DNA of 64,000 nucleotides from contig JAENWJ010000002.1 of assembly GCA_016649995.1 (NCBI GenBank), forward strand, positions 4,014 to 68,013, read 5' to 3'. The DNA comes from Peptostreptococcaceae bacterium (lineage in GTDB: Bacteria > Bacillota > Clostridia > Peptostreptococcales > BM714). The notes under the pieces were generated by a model. That model made no database searches and was not told where the DNA came from. It saw nothing but the letters and a program-made list of their open reading frames with translations. Of the stretch, positions 29,271 to 37,835 are shown piece after piece (the stretch's first letter is position 1; each line of letters starts with the position of its first letter). The translations under genes and the position numbers were made by a program.

Positions 29271-30113
29271 TCACAAATCACATTTCTCCATATGAAAATC
29301 TCCATCGCAAATCAATACGGCTTCGCCTTTCATATACAATGAATTCTCGCTAATCCGTATTGACAACCTTCCTCCCGGAACCTTAACATCGACTTTTTCG
29401 CCTACATATCCAAAAATATGAGCCAGGTATGCGCAGGCGCATACACCTGTTCCGCACGACAGTGTCTTGCCTGCACCGCGTTCCCATGTTTCAACTGCAA
29501 TCTCGCTTTCAGAAAGCACTTTTACAAAATTCACATTTGTTCCTTCAGGAAAGACTTTTTTTAGTTTTTCAATCTCGCATCCCCACTTTTCAACGCCATG
29601 GGGCTCATCAAGCACTTCAAAAACAACGGTATGGGGTACACCCATTCGCACAGCGCTCACTTCTATTTTCCCAAACTGTGTTTCGATTTCTTCATTAAAG
29701 AACTTTTCACTGCGGCCCCCAATAGCCGGCACGCTGCAAGCATCCGAAATAGGATTCCCCATTTCAACTTCTACCAAGCATTTTTCTTCTACGGCAACCT
29801 TATAGACACCTGCATCGGTTTCAATTGTAAATTCAGTATTCTCAACTTTCCCTTTTTCATATACATATCTCGCGAAGCATCTTATACCGTTTCCGCACAT
29901 CTCCGCTTTCGTTCCATCCGAATTATAGTACTGCATCTTTATATCAGCAACATCTGAGTCCATGTAAAACATGAATCCATCCGCTCCTACGCCAAAATGG
30001 CGGTGGCAAATTATCTTTGAAAGTTCTGCTGCGTCAGAGCTTTCACTTGTCACCGCATCTTTCCCCGTAATAATGAAATCGTTTCCCGTTCCATGCATTT
30101 TTGAAAATTTCAC
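29271..30113 (-). CDS. dapF: diaminopimelate epimerase
   Basis: 280 aa with MHGTGNDFI and the two catalytic Cys motifs (MCGNGIRC and SCGTGVCA). Confidence 0.9.
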   Translation of the reverse strand: MKFSKMHGTGNDFIITGKDAVTSESSDAAELSKIICHRHFGVGADGFMFYMDSDVADIKMQYYNSDGTKAEMCGNGIRCFARYVYEKGKVENTEFTIETDAGVYKVAVEEKCLVEVEMGNPISDACSVPAIGGRSEKFFNEEIETQFGKIEVSAVRMGVPHTVVFEVLDEPHGVEKWGCEIEKLKKVFPEGTNVNFVKVLSESEIAVETWERGAGKTLSCGTGVCACAYLAHIFGYVGEKVDVKVPGGRLSIRISENSLYMKGEAVLICDGDFHMEKCDL

Positions 30114-30233
30114 TTTGCACTCTCCCTGTATCCTTTTCTATATTATAGCAAATTTTAATGCAAGAAATTATCAAATTTGTTTTAGCCTTTAAAAATGATA
30201 TACTTGACCATATCAAAAAGAAGGGGTGATTTT

Positions 30234-32009
30234 ATGCCATTTGACGGATACGTTGCGCGCTCTCTTAAATGCGAGTTGAATACGATTTTGTGTGAAACCA
30301 GAATCGATAAAATATACCAACCGAACAAATTTCAAATAATGCTTCGATTGAAAAAAGGCCGCGAAACTCATAAGCTGTTAATTTCAGCAAATTCCAGTCT
30401 ACCCTATGTTGCAATGACCGGCATGGATAAAACGAATCCAAGTGCTCCTCCTCTCTTCTGCATGGTGCTCAGAAAGCATCTTCTCGGCGGAATATTGAAT
30501 GCAGTCGTTCAGCACGACAACGACAGGATACTCTTTTTCGATTTCAACACACGAGACGAATTGAAATTTGCTGAAAGCAAACGCCTGGTAGTGGAGCTTA
30601 TGGGAAAACACAGCAACATCATTCTTGTCGATTCGGAAGGAATAATAATCGACAGCATCAGACGGATTCCATCTAGCATAAGCCGTCAGCGTCAAGTCCT
30701 TCCCGGGCTTGCATATGCCTTGCCTCCTGATCAGGGTAAAATTAATTTCGATGAATGTCCTCTAGAGGATTTTCATAAAATAGTGTGCTCCAATAAGGCA
30801 CAAATTTTCAAGGTAATCTATACTAATTTCAAGGGAGTAAGTCCGATATTGGCAAAGGAGTTCTGTGCGCGATCCGGCATTGATCCACAATTGGAGTCAT
30901 CCATCTTTAACATGGATGACTCCATCAGGCTATGGAAGACAATTTCTTCTTTTGGAAAATCAATTGATAACGGAATAGAAAAGCCTACCGTTTTTATGGA
31001 AAAAAGCTTTCCAAAAGACTTTCATGCAAGCAATCTTACAATATATCCTAATAGTATCTACGAACGCGAAGGCTTTGATTCAATGTCCGAAGCAGTAGAC
31101 AGATATTACATTGACAAGAACAATAGCATGGCCCTTAACGCTAAATCATCCAATTTAAACAAACTCGTTAAATCAAAACTTTCTCACTCTCTAAGCAAAC
31201 TGCAGAAGCTTCAGGAAGAATACACACAATCTCTTGATTATGAAAAATATAAGGTTTCTGGAGATATTCTGCTATCCAACATCCATAGAGTAAGGCAAGG
31301 AATGGAATCTATCGAATTAGAAAATTTCTACGAAAACTATGAGCCCATTGAAATATCTCTTGATAAAAGGCAAAGTCCTTCAAAAAACGCACAAAAGTAT
31401 TTCAAAAAATACAACAAATACAAGAATGCAAAATTGCAGGTGCACAAACAAATACTCATCACAAAATCCGAAATCGATTATTTGGAAAATGTTCTTGTAA
31501 ACCTCGAAAATTCATACGAGATTGAAAACATAACGGCTATCCGCGAAGAGCTATCAAAGGAAGGCTATTTAAGCAAAGGTTTCATTCAAGACAAAAAACT
31601 TGCAAAAGGGAAAGTCGTAGAAAAGTTTAACAAGACATATATGTCCTTCACAACCAGAAATGGCAAAAATATCATGGCAGGAAAAAACAGCACTCAAAAC
31701 GAACGTGTCACTTTCAAGGTATCAAAATCAGATGATTTCTGGTTCCATGCAAAGGGCATGCCAGGTTCGCATGTTGTGCTGGTAAATGATGGTTTGCTTC
31801 AGGAAAAGGACTTTGTTGATGCGGCAAATGTGGCAGCCTATTTCAGCAAGGCACGACTTTCATCCAATGTTCCCGTAGACTATACTCAGGTTCGCAATGT
31901 CAAGAAAATAAAGGGAGCCGCCCCCGGCCTTGTGACAATCAAGCTTCATAAGTCAATTTATGTCACCCCTATCGAAAATGAACTAAAAAAGATGAAGGCT
32001 CAGGATTAA
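30234..32009 (+). CDS. rqcH: ribosome quality control factor RqcH (NFACT / FbpA family, DUF814)
   Basis: NFACT-N domain (MPFDGYV...IDKIYQP...), coiled coil and NFACT-R/DUF814 (FWFHAKGMPGSHVVL). I prefer the ATG at 30234 with GGGGTGAT upstream over 30195. Confidence 0.85.
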   Translation: MPFDGYVARSLKCELNTILCETRIDKIYQPNKFQIMLRLKKGRETHKLLISANSSLPYVAMTGMDKTNPSAPPLFCMVLRKHLLGGILNAVVQHDNDRILFFDFNTRDELKFAESKRLVVELMGKHSNIILVDSEGIIIDSIRRIPSSISRQRQVLPGLAYALPPDQGKINFDECPLEDFHKIVCSNKAQIFKVIYTNFKGVSPILAKEFCARSGIDPQLESSIFNMDDSIRLWKTISSFGKSIDNGIEKPTVFMEKSFPKDFHASNLTIYPNSIYEREGFDSMSEAVDRYYIDKNNSMALNAKSSNLNKLVKSKLSHSLSKLQKLQEEYTQSLDYEKYKVSGDILLSNIHRVRQGMESIELENFYENYEPIEISLDKRQSPSKNAQKYFKKYNKYKNAKLQVHKQILITKSEIDYLENVLVNLENSYEIENITAIREELSKEGYLSKGFIQDKKLAKGKVVEKFNKTYMSFTTRNGKNIMAGKNSTQNERVTFKVSKSDDFWFHAKGMPGSHVVLVNDGLLQEKDFVDAANVAAYFSKARLSSNVPVDYTQVRNVKKIKGAAPGLVTIKLHKSIYVTPIENELKKMKAQD

Positions 32010-32030
32010 TCCCTAGCTTTCATCTTTTTT
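31985..32030. terminator. palindromic bidirectional terminator embedded in the 3' coding ends of rqcH (+) and rluD (-)
   Basis: A6-GATGAAGGCTCAGGA-TTAA-TCCCTAGCTTTCATC-T6. The arms pair at 13 of 15 positions, including one G.U pair. The central TTAA holds both overlapping stop codons. Confidence 0.55.
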
Positions 32031-32923
32031 ATAAGCTCTTTCATGTCTTCTGCCATAGGACATGTGAAAGTAACATCTCTTTTTTCTACAGGATGGAAGA
32101 ATGTTAAGCTCTTCGCATGTAATGCCTGCCTTTCAAACGCATGTTTCTGTTTTTTATATCCATACGAGGAATCCCCAATAATAGGGTGTCCTATATACGC
32201 CATATGTACCCTTATCTGATGTGTTCTTCCAGTCTCCAGTTTGCATTTTAGCAGCGTTGCACCTTCAAATCTGCGCAATACTTCAAAATGGGTAATAGAC
32301 GGTTTGCCTTTTTCTACAACGGCCATTTTTAGCCGATTTGACGGATCTCTGCCTATTGGCGCATCAATGGTTCCCGATTTTTCACTGACCTTTCCTTCCA
32401 CTAACGCATAATAAATTCTAGATATGCCATGTTCCTTCAATTGCTTCGCAAGATTTCTATGCACCATGTCATTTTTTGCCACAACCAAAAGACCCGTAGT
32501 GTCCTTGTCTATCCTATGAACTATTCCCGGCCTAATTACACCATTTATTGAAGAAAGTGTATCTGAGTGATATAATAGCGCATTTACAATCGTTCCGTTG
32601 TAATTTCCCGGTGCCGGGTGAACGACCATCCCTTTACTCTTGTTAATTACAAGAAGCCATTCGTCTTCATAGACAATATCAAGCGGTATATCTTCTGCCT
32701 CCACCTGCAATTTCTCGGGCTCAGGAATCGTAAGTTCCAATACGACCCCAGCCTTTAACCTATGGTTTTTTTTGAGTGTTTTTTCACCATTTTGTATGAC
32801 ATTTCCCTCTGAAATCAATTTTTGTATATAATTTCTTGAAAATTCTTCCAGGTTTTCATTGAGATAAGTATCCAGCCTGCGCCCTTCTCCGTTCGCTTCT
32901 ACAACCATCCTTATCATTTCCAT
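32006..32923 (-). CDS. rluD: 23S rRNA pseudouridine synthase, RluA family (RluD-like)
   Basis: N-terminal S4 domain and catalytic motif HRIDKDTTGLL. 305 aa. Confidence 0.88.
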   Translation of the reverse strand: MEMIRMVVEANGEGRRLDTYLNENLEEFSRNYIQKLISEGNVIQNGEKTLKKNHRLKAGVVLELTIPEPEKLQVEAEDIPLDIVYEDEWLLVINKSKGMVVHPAPGNYNGTIVNALLYHSDTLSSINGVIRPGIVHRIDKDTTGLLVVAKNDMVHRNLAKQLKEHGISRIYYALVEGKVSEKSGTIDAPIGRDPSNRLKMAVVEKGKPSITHFEVLRRFEGATLLKCKLETGRTHQIRVHMAYIGHPIIGDSSYGYKKQKHAFERQALHAKSLTFFHPVEKRDVTFTCPMAEDMKELIKKMKARD

Positions 32924-32924
32924 A

Positions 32925-33620
32925 TTACGCCATTTCCATTTTTTTTATCAGTTCAATAACAACTCGGCTCGATTCGTGGGCATGCTCTTTGACAAATTCG
33001 CTAAAATTTTCTGTTGCCGAATTGTCCGCATTGTCCGAAATTGTCCTAATTATTACAAACGGTTTTTTGTTGACATGACACACATGTGCAATGGCAGCGC
33101 CCTCCATTTCCGCGCATAAGCCGCCAAAGGTTTTATTCAAATATATTCGTTTTTTTGCATCTGCGACAAAAACATCTCCTGAAACGATTCTTCCCACATG
33201 CACCCTCTTTTTTTCTTTAATCACTCCTGCAGCCAATTCAATCAGTTTTGGATCTGCTACGAAAATCGATTTGTCCATTCTGGGAATAACCCCCAATTCA
33301 TATCCAAAGCCCGTCGCATCCATATCATGCTCAAGCAATTCATTTGATACAACAATATCCCCTATCTCTAAGGATTCGTCCAATGCTCCCGCCAGACCTG
33401 TATTTATTATGCCTTCAACTTGAAACTTTGTTATAAGTATCTGAGCACAAAGGGCAGCATTGACTTTTCCTATTCCACTCATCACGAGTACAACCTCTGT
33501 ATCATGCACAATGCCGATGTAGAAAACCATTCCTGCATAGCTTTTCATCTCTTCAATTTTCATAGCCTCCATGATGCACTGTATTTCTTCTATCATGGCT
33601 CCAATAACACCTATCTTCAT
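32925..33620 (-). CDS. mtnN: 5'-methylthioadenosine/S-adenosylhomocysteine nucleosidase
   Basis: 231 aa with MKIGVIGAMIEEI..., the AEMEGAAIA motif and the SDNAD motif of the PNP_UDP_1 family. Confidence 0.88.
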   Translation of the reverse strand: MKIGVIGAMIEEIQCIMEAMKIEEMKSYAGMVFYIGIVHDTEVVLVMSGIGKVNAALCAQILITKFQVEGIINTGLAGALDESLEIGDIVVSNELLEHDMDATGFGYELGVIPRMDKSIFVADPKLIELAAGVIKEKKRVHVGRIVSGDVFVADAKKRIYLNKTFGGLCAEMEGAAIAHVCHVNKKPFVIIRTISDNADNSATENFSEFVKEHAHESSRVVIELIKKMEMA

Positions 33621-33642
33621 TTCAAATTGTCCTCCCGGTTTT

Positions 33643-33674
33643 CCAAAAACAACCCACCATAAGGAGGGTTGTTT
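33643..33674 (-). terminator. divIVA terminator
   Basis: Minus strand reads AAACAACCC-tccttatggt-GGGTTGTTT running into TTTTT. It lies about 25 nt after the divIVA stop. Confidence 0.65.
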
Positions 33675-33698
33675 AAATCTAATAATCCAGCATTCAAG

Positions 33699-34154
33699 TC
33701 ACTCGGATATGTCATCCATTGACTTGTTCAGTAATTCTATCTGCGACTTTAAAAGGTTTCTATATCTTTCATTAAAGATCATAACCTGCTTCTTAGAATT
33801 GTCAAATTCTCCCTTTATACGCATTACTTCTCCGTTTGCCTTCTCGATTATTCTTTTTGCCTCTTCCTCAGCCTTACTGTTAATAAATTCGGCTTCCTTG
33901 ACGGAATTGTTCCTTAACGTTTCCGCTGTTTCGCTAGCCAATATCAACGTGTCATTCAATGTCTTTTCCATGTTCTTATAAGTTTCCAACTGCTCTTCGA
34001 GCAATATGATTCGCTCCTTATGGTCCTTATTCTCTTTGTATATGATTTCATAGTCTTTGAAAACATCATCGATGAATTTGTCAACTTCATTCGTCTGATA
34101 ACCTCTCATTGCTTTTCCAAATTCAACGGCTTGAATTTCCAACGGATTAATCAT
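33699..34154 (-). CDS. divIVA: cell division protein DivIVA
   Basis: N-terminus MINPLEIQAVEFGKAMRGYQTNEVDKFIDDV (DivIVA lipid-binding domain) followed by coiled coil. The ATG at 34154 has GGGGTGGG upstream. The track start at 34175 overlaps the ylmH stop. Confidence 0.88.
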   Translation of the reverse strand: MINPLEIQAVEFGKAMRGYQTNEVDKFIDDVFKDYEIIYKENKDHKERIILLEEQLETYKNMEKTLNDTLILASETAETLRNNSVKEAEFINSKAEEEAKRIIEKANGEVMRIKGEFDNSKKQVMIFNERYRNLLKSQIELLNKSMDDISE

Positions 34155-34167
34155 TTTCCCACCCCTG

Positions 34168-34974
34168 TCATACATATTTTTTTATTTCAACAACTATGTT
34201 TCCTTTTTTGGTCGTGCCCTTCATTTTGCCTATTCGGATTTTACCATGTTTTCTGTAAGATACCAGATCCGATTCCATCAAGGAATGATTCGCAGTGTCC
34301 AAAATGAAATCGTTCAACTTTACTTTACCCTTTTCAATATCATTTTTGACATCCTTCCTGCCTTGCGCGAATATCTTTGATAAAATCAAATCAACCCTCA
34401 TAGATGCCGCAACAAGTTCAATCTCTTTTATCAAGCTCTTAGGGAAATCAATCTCTCCGCAGAATCGCGAAACAGACGATTCAAGCTTTGACTTTCCAAT
34501 CCTGCTTATATTCATCATTATGAAATCCGCCATATCCTCTGACACAACAACATACACGGTTGACCCTCTTATACCAATATCGCCAATAAGTGATCTTTGC
34601 ACTCCAAGCGAAAGCATAGCTCCCAAGACATCCCTGTGCCCCACAACATCGTTTAGGCTCAATTCCAAGACTATCAGCCCCCACTCTGAAACCGAAGTGT
34701 TTCCTGGACCTAAGAAGACCATCCTTCCCCTTTCGGCATCGGGATATCCTCCTTCAAATCTCATATTCACATCATTTTCACACATTGAACAAATCAACTC
34801 TCGAATCAGATTATATTGACCTCTTCCAATGAATCCGCTCATATCAACGCTGCGGCCTCTAGAAACCGATTCGTATGCTGAAACCACTTTCAAAATCTCG
34901 AAAGTATCATCTTTAGAATGACGTAAATGGCTTTGCCTATTTAAAAATGATTCAATATCTCTTTTACTTGGCAT
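34168..34974 (-). CDS. ylmH: YlmH family RNA-binding protein (S4 domain)
   Basis: 268 aa with a C-terminal S4-like domain (MRVDLILSKIF..GRKDVKNDIEKGKVKLN). It holds the conserved position between yggT and divIVA. Confidence 0.8.
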   Translation of the reverse strand: MPSKRDIESFLNRQSHLRHSKDDTFEILKVVSAYESVSRGRSVDMSGFIGRGQYNLIRELICSMCENDVNMRFEGGYPDAERGRMVFLGPGNTSVSEWGLIVLELSLNDVVGHRDVLGAMLSLGVQRSLIGDIGIRGSTVYVVVSEDMADFIMMNISRIGKSKLESSVSRFCGEIDFPKSLIKEIELVAASMRVDLILSKIFAQGRKDVKNDIEKGKVKLNDFILDTANHSLMESDLVSYRKHGKIRIGKMKGTTKKGNIVVEIKKYV

Positions 34975-34975
34975 C

Positions 34976-35251
34976 TTAGAGTATGCTTATAAGCAAGCGG
35001 CTTACCATGTCAAGCGTCAGGATAGCAAAAATGGGAGAAAAATCAACCGTGCTTCCGCCAATGCCCATCTTAAATAAAAGGTTCCTAAAAGGCGAAAGAA
35101 TCGGCTCTGTCAGGTTATACAGCATTTTAAAAATCGGGTTGGAATAATCCCGTGCAAACCAAGATAGTATAATCCTTGCAATAATAAGAAAATTCACTAC
35201 TTCTACAAATTTATAAATCGACTCTTTTATAATCCACATATGTTCCTCCAT
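34976..35251 (-). CDS. YggT family membrane protein (YlmG)
   Basis: 91 aa with two TM helices, in the sepF-ylmG-ylmH-divIVA order. Confidence 0.8.
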   Translation of the reverse strand: MEEHMWIIKESIYKFVEVVNFLIIARIILSWFARDYSNPIFKMLYNLTEPILSPFRNLLFKMGIGGSTVDFSPIFAILTLDMVSRLLISIL

Positions 35252-35257
35252 AGTATT

Positions 35258-35701
35258 CTACTTTTGCCAAGGGAAAATCCCTTTTTCATCTGTTTCTCTT
35301 TTAAAGTCTCCTTGTATCTCTACATTTTTGGGAGCAATGATAAAAATGCCCTTTGAAATTTTTTGTATCTTTCCCTCTAAAGCATATACTGCTCCGTTAA
35401 GGAAATCGAATATTTTTTTTGCCAATTCATATTCTAGCTCTTCCAGATTAATTACAACCGGCTTGTTGTTCTTTAAATTATCCACTATGCCCGGCACCTC
35501 TTCAAAATCTTTAGGTTCATGAACAATTACACGCATCTGCTGGTTAGTATGTATGTTCAAAATCTTATTCCCTCTAATTTTGGTGTCTGGCTGCTCTATG
35601 CTTTGTTCTGAAAAAATTTCATCCTCTTCCATCTCATCCACTTCATCATCTTCAATGTCGTCAATTCCCATGAAAAACTTGATTTTATCAATTACGCTCA
35701 T
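35258..35701 (-). CDS. sepF: cell division protein SepF
   Basis: 147 aa with an N-terminal amphipathic helix (MSVIDKIKFFMGI), an acidic linker and a conserved C-terminal FtsZ-binding domain (VVINLE...AKKIFDFLNGAVYALEG). Confidence 0.88.
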   Translation of the reverse strand: MSVIDKIKFFMGIDDIEDDEVDEMEEDEIFSEQSIEQPDTKIRGNKILNIHTNQQMRVIVHEPKDFEEVPGIVDNLKNNKPVVINLEELEYELAKKIFDFLNGAVYALEGKIQKISKGIFIIAPKNVEIQGDFKRETDEKGIFPWQK

Positions 35702-35712
35702 TTTAGCTCCTC

Positions 35713-36405
35713 CTATTTTAGGTAATTCCTTTCACCGAAAATACCTGTGCCTATTCTGACTATATTCGCGCCTTCTTCAATGGCTGTAAGATAATCGTGA
35801 GTCATGCCCATTGACAGGTATACCATTTGTTTTTTATGGCCTTCACTTTTCATTTTCTCAAACAAATCGTTCATCTTCTTGAAGTAGGGTCTAACTTTTT
35901 CGTTGTTGTCAAAATGTGGAGCAATTGCCATCAACCCGCAAATTCTAAGGTTCTTCAAACTACCGGCTTCATCAAGAAACGATTCAGTCTCATCGTAATC
36001 TATTCCATATTTGCTTTCTTCATTGCCAATATTGATTTGAATCAGACAATCCATCGTTGTGCCCGCTTTTTCAGCCCTCTTATTAATTTCTCTCGCAAGT
36101 TTAATACTGTCGACTGAATGAATCATTTCCACCTTGTCAATTATATATTTCACTTTGTTTGTTTGCAGGTGTCCAATCATATGCCACTGGGCACTCTTAT
36201 CGATTTTATCATACTTGTTCATTATCTCCTGAACTTTGTTTTCACCAAGAGCAGAGATTCCAAAGCTTATTGCTTCGCTAATCCTTTCAACTCCAATAGT
36301 TTTTGTCACAGCAACCAATTGTATTTCGGATCTCGCGATATTTTTCGCTTCACAAGCATCGGCAATATTCTTTTCTATTTCATCCAGATTTTTTTCTATC
36401 CCCAT
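35713..36405 (-). CDS. yggS: YggS family pyridoxal-phosphate homeostasis protein (YlmE)
   Basis: 230 aa with an alanine-racemase-N fold pattern (LVAVTKT..., HMIGHLQTNKVK, LSMGMTHDY). Confidence 0.88.
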   Translation of the reverse strand: MGIEKNLDEIEKNIADACEAKNIARSEIQLVAVTKTIGVERISEAISFGISALGENKVQEIMNKYDKIDKSAQWHMIGHLQTNKVKYIIDKVEMIHSVDSIKLAREINKRAEKAGTTMDCLIQINIGNEESKYGIDYDETESFLDEAGSLKNLRICGLMAIAPHFDNNEKVRPYFKKMNDLFEKMKSEGHKKQMVYLSMGMTHDYLTAIEEGANIVRIGTGIFGERNYLK

Positions 36406-36414
36406 ATCACCCTC

Positions 36415-37572
36415 CTATTCGCTAATGTCAACAATTATTTCATCATAGACTTTCACAGTGTTTACAGACTCCTCATTTCCCTCTTCATCCTTCCTGTAAA
36501 ATACACCATCACTTACAACCGCCCATTCACTGTTCGCTCCCTTGACTCCCACCGGTTTAAAAACGGCCTTGCCATTAAGGTCTTTTATCAATACTCCTAT
36601 TTCATCTTCTTGGTAAACAAGTGCATTCGCCGGCACAATCAAACCAACAATGTTTTTATTTATGATATGCATTCTTGTCATTCGTGTTCCAAACAAAGCA
36701 CTTGCCTGTTCATTTATCCTTAGAATCACAAAACAATTTCCTATTTCACTGTTTGTTTCAATTACCGCGGCATCGACATCCTCGTCTTCAAAAACAATCT
36801 TTACTCTTGCGCCCTCTTTAAAACGATCAATATTTCGGAGGTCGGTATATACATAAACATACCAAACAGAATTATCGACAATTTTAAGGATAGGAACCTC
36901 AGTATCTGTTTTTTTTACCTTTATGCTTGTTGAATCTATGTTTTCCCCATAAACCTTTCCCATATCCAACATTCTCACGCTTTTCCTATTCAGGATTTCT
37001 TCGTACCCATCAACCTTGAACGAAATAATTCCAGACATCGGCGAATAAGTACCGCTGTAGCGTTCTACGGGTTCCTCAGAAAACTCTTTTTTTCCGGTTT
37101 GCATTATTTTTTCATCGATTGCGTGTTCTATAAGAGTTATACCTTCATATATTCCATTTGCCGATAAACGCCGTATATCTTGCACCTGTTTCTGTACATC
37201 AAGCGTATCGTATGAAACTCTCATATATTCTCCCGCCGTCTTTATATCAAGAAACGGGGTATCTTCCTTACTATTTTCATTAACCTCTGCCGGTCCGATT
37301 TCATAGAGCTTATATCCTTTTCTTACCTTGTCGCCTTCGTTCACCTTGTAATTTACCTCTCCCGATTTCTCAGAAAACACTAAAGTCTCATCTCTTAGTA
37401 TAAGGCAATCATATTCATTTTCCTGCACTATACTTCCGTATTCCACGATATACGGTTCTTCGGCGCTTCCGAAACTGCCAAGCAACCCCAATATATTATA
37501 GCAGAAGAATAATATTATTATCAGGAAAATGCCGTATTCAAATAATTGGTTCTTTGTTTTGCTTTTTCTCAT
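36415..37572 (-). CDS. membrane-anchored HlyD-like / barrel-sandwich-hybrid protein of unknown function
   Basis: 385 aa with a single N-terminal TM helix (IFLIIILFFCYNILGLLG) followed by beta-rich segments resembling membrane-fusion-protein lipoyl/beta-barrel domains. No partner transporter gene is adjacent. Confidence 0.45.
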   Translation of the reverse strand: MRKSKTKNQLFEYGIFLIIILFFCYNILGLLGSFGSAEEPYIVEYGSIVQENEYDCLILRDETLVFSEKSGEVNYKVNEGDKVRKGYKLYEIGPAEVNENSKEDTPFLDIKTAGEYMRVSYDTLDVQKQVQDIRRLSANGIYEGITLIEHAIDEKIMQTGKKEFSEEPVERYSGTYSPMSGIISFKVDGYEEILNRKSVRMLDMGKVYGENIDSTSIKVKKTDTEVPILKIVDNSVWYVYVYTDLRNIDRFKEGARVKIVFEDEDVDAAVIETNSEIGNCFVILRINEQASALFGTRMTRMHIINKNIVGLIVPANALVYQEDEIGVLIKDLNGKAVFKPVGVKGANSEWAVVSDGVFYRKDEEGNEESVNTVKVYDEIIVDISE

Positions 37573-37584
37573 GGCAATCCCCTA

Positions 37585-37617
37585 TAAAATAAATATAAGG
37601 CTACTAAGTAGCCTTAT
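37585..37617 (-). terminator. terminator after the gpsA / small-ORF unit
   Basis: Minus strand reads ATAAGGCTAC-tta-GTAGCCTTAT (10 bp stem) followed by ATTTATTTTA. Confidence 0.6.
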
Positions 37618-37668
37618 GTAATTTTACCATATCTCGATACGATTTTTAATTTTTTTATATGTATAACT

Positions 37669-37749
37669 CTAAATTCCATCAAAATATCCCGCAACAGAAA
37701 CAATCAACAACAAAACTGCCGTTCCCAACGTATATTCCAGTACCTGCAT
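37669..37749 (-). CDS. candidate 26-aa hydrophobic micropeptide
   Basis: ATG at 37749 with GAAGGGA 5 nt upstream. It encodes MQVLEYTLGTAVLLLIVSVAGYFDGI* (one TM-length hydrophobic core) and is followed by a terminator. It is below the ORF-track cutoff and no homology can be asserted. Confidence 0.3.
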   Translation of the reverse strand: MQVLEYTLGTAVLLLIVSVAGYFDGI

Positions 37750-37835
37750 TTACATCCCTTCTCTACCATAGAATTCTTTAAATACATTTATGGCATAAAA
37801 ATCTGCAACTTTCAATATTGTTTGTTAGTTTATTG

